Positions 62,232 through 64,000 of a stretch of DNA of 64,000 bases are shown here, piece by piece. Within the stretch, counting starts at the first letter, position 1. Each line of letters opens with the position of its first letter. A model generated the notes under the pieces. The model was not told the origin of the DNA. It saw only the letters and a program-made list of their open reading frames with translations, and searched no databases. The position numbers were made by a program, and so were the translations under genes. Source of the DNA: Candidatus Poribacteria bacterium (lineage in GTDB: Bacteria; Poribacteria; WGA-4E; WGA-3G); NCBI GenBank assembly GCA_965246985.1, contig OZ251998.1, forward strand, positions 4,874,307-4,938,306. Direction: 5' to 3'.

Positions 62232-62611
62232 GAGTTAATCTATTCGTGCCTTAAAGACCATGGGGTTGTGAGTGTATAACTCATCTTAATCATACAACGA
62301 TGAATAAGGGACACAGAAGAACATTCGACGTGATTTGTGTCCAACCAATCTCAGGCACCATCAAATGGCGAGATGTTAAATCTTTGTTAAACAAGACTTA
62401 CGCAATGCACAATGAATTGTGCTACTACAAACTTCATCCGTTTTGAGAAATGAACGTATTCCCAAGGTGTATCTTCGGTTTTTAGTGTCGTAGGCTCCGG
62501 TGATAGAACACTGATTAGACAAACTCGCAATGTTTTGGCGAGGCAGGAAGAATTTCCTCAATAACTGAAAATCAGCTTGTGGACGGTGAAATTCTCGTTT
62601 TATAAGTAAAT

Positions 62612-62640
62612 TTGACTTTTATGCTAAATTATGATATAAT
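62612..62640 (+). promoter_or_regulatory. Sigma70-like promoter
   Basis: TTGACT-17 bp-TATAAT with extended TG. Confidence 0.6.
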
Positions 62641-62676
62641 AGTAGTGTAAATTGTTTTATAGTAGTGTAAATAATA

Positions 62677-62925
62677 ATGGAGGGTATAATGAAAGGCAGA
62701 TCTCGCATTCCACAACGCGTTAGAGAGACACTCGGTGAAAACATCCGAAGGGAGCGCGTTATCCGAAAAATGACCCAAGCCGAACTTGCTAAGAAGATCG
62801 GCACATCGCAAATGATGATTTCCCGTTTTGAGAAAGGAAAGGACACCCCTTCGGTTTGGAGATGCTACCGGATAGCGAAAGTTTTTGATACCAGTATTGA
62901 ACAACTTTTGACGGAAAAGCCATAA
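62677..62925 (+). CDS. XRE-family HTH regulator
   Basis: LGENIRRER...MTQAELAKKIGTS...ISRFEKG. Confidence 0.88.
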   Translation: MEGIMKGRSRIPQRVRETLGENIRRERVIRKMTQAELAKKIGTSQMMISRFEKGKDTPSVWRCYRIAKVFDTSIEQLLTEKP

Positions 62926-63109
62926 ATCGGTATTATTGCCGTATTTTGGCTGCTGAGTGCTATCGGCGGATGTTAAAGAGGATAAACTCATATATTTAAG
63001 CGAGGACGTGGCTACAGCAATATGCTGGACAAGATGTTTACGCTTGATATTAGACTTTTGATCTACAAATACGTAAATCCAAAGTCATTACCAATAAGGA
63101 GTCGTAATC

Positions 63110-64000
63110 ATGTCAAATCAGAATTTCCCCCTTGTGTATTTCTTTGCGAAAAGTAATTTCGGCGATACCAATCCTGATTTTATCAAAATTGGGTATACAG
63201 GTACAGAACTTTCACTACGGAAAGCAGCACTCCAAACTGGCTGTGAATCCCTAATATGGGCGATGGGAGTCCTCCCGTTTGAGGCGGAAGATGAAGCGCG
63301 CCGCGAAGAAAAACGGATACATGAGCACTTTGGAGGGTTTCGGGCACGCGGAGAATGGTTTTATGCAACACCTCGGGTCATCCAATATATTGAGGATTAT
63401 GCGGTACAATACACTGAACTGTTTACAGAAGATGTGCCACCGACTTCAGGTGAAGAAGTTATAGAACTCGATTTAGAGCCTACCCGAAGTGAAGAAGCCA
63501 TTGCATTCGGAAAATGGCTTAGTGAGTGCCGGACAGAACATAATATGACCCAGGCAGAAGTAGCTGAAATAGTAGGCTGTGCTCGCGGATACATCGCGTT
63601 CATTGAGCGAGGCAGAGGTATGCCTGGTAAGGAGTTACATGACGCATTGATCCATTTATTCGGTGATCCTTTGGATTCTATCATGGAAATAAAATCTAAA
63701 ATTCTCGCTGTGCAAATGGAGGATGGCACTTGGATTGCAGAGAATACCGGAATAGACACGTTCATTCAGGTAATTAAGGAATTAGAAATCGAGGAGGTAA
63801 AAAAACTCGATTTGGCTATTAATGGGATACCTCTAATAGCAGATTGTGACTATGACGGTAAAGCCCAAAGAAAAGTTGAGACAGAGACAGGGACATATTG
63901 GATAGTGTCTGGGACCGATACCCAAAAAAAGAAAAAGATTTTAGATGACATTGCCGATCAGCTTAAACGTGATATGACTGTCTTTGCTAATCCGAGGGCG
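63110..64000 (+). CDS. T5orf172/GIY-YIG-like domain plus XRE HTH plus C-terminal domain (runs off window)
   Basis: AAGGAG RBS; VYFF...FIKIGYT...LQTG...EKRIHEHF...RGEWF, then MTQAEVAEIVGCARGYIAFIERG; open to window end; not in the ORF track. Confidence 0.8.
   Translation, partial: MSNQNFPLVYFFAKSNFGDTNPDFIKIGYTGTELSLRKAALQTGCESLIWAMGVLPFEAEDEARREEKRIHEHFGGFRARGEWFYATPRVIQYIEDYAVQYTELFTEDVPPTSGEEVIELDLEPTRSEEAIAFGKWLSECRTEHNMTQAEVAEIVGCARGYIAFIERGRGMPGKELHDALIHLFGDPLDSIMEIKSKILAVQMEDGTWIAENTGIDTFIQVIKELEIEEVKKLDLAINGIPLIADCDYDGKAQRKVETETGTYWIVSGTDTQKKKKILDDIADQLKRDMTVFANPRA

Noticed and set aside
62376-62600. IS remnant starting AAGACTTACGCA at ~62394
   Set aside because: One end motif only; no partner end or recognisable transposase residues.
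1-64000. tRNA, rRNA or prophage genes
   Set aside because: None recognised by eye; tRNAscan-SE/Infernal would be needed to exclude small RNAs.

Overview
Bacterial genomic window. Gene content suggests Candidatus Poribacteria (inference from a LamG protein with an AVEP..KLA.TWG.IK tail, PhyH, WD40, paired large membrane proteins and an archaeal-type phosphopantothenate synthetase). Metabolic and transport genes are interspersed with defence genes: a split type I R-M system (hsdS, hsdM), an ABC-ATPase plus partner, a TIR fusion, a RelE/HigA-type TA pair, a type II R-M system with a doubly disrupted endonuclease, and an orphan cas6. The mobilome is dense: ISAs1 with a nested IS630, IS5, IS701 remnants, at least five MITE types with readable target-site duplications (TSDs), and several REP-like palindrome families. 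The most striking object is a ~2.1-kb element at 23413-25508. It encodes only two paralogous DUF1670 proteins, has perfect 13-bp inverted ends with no conventional TSD, carries a strong internal promoter ahead of a foldable ~110-nt non-coding segment, and sits inside a MITE, which shows that it moved. It is a candidate undescribed mobile element using a divergent tyrosine-recombinase-like pair, possibly with an RNA. All family calls are by eye from motifs; no database search was run.
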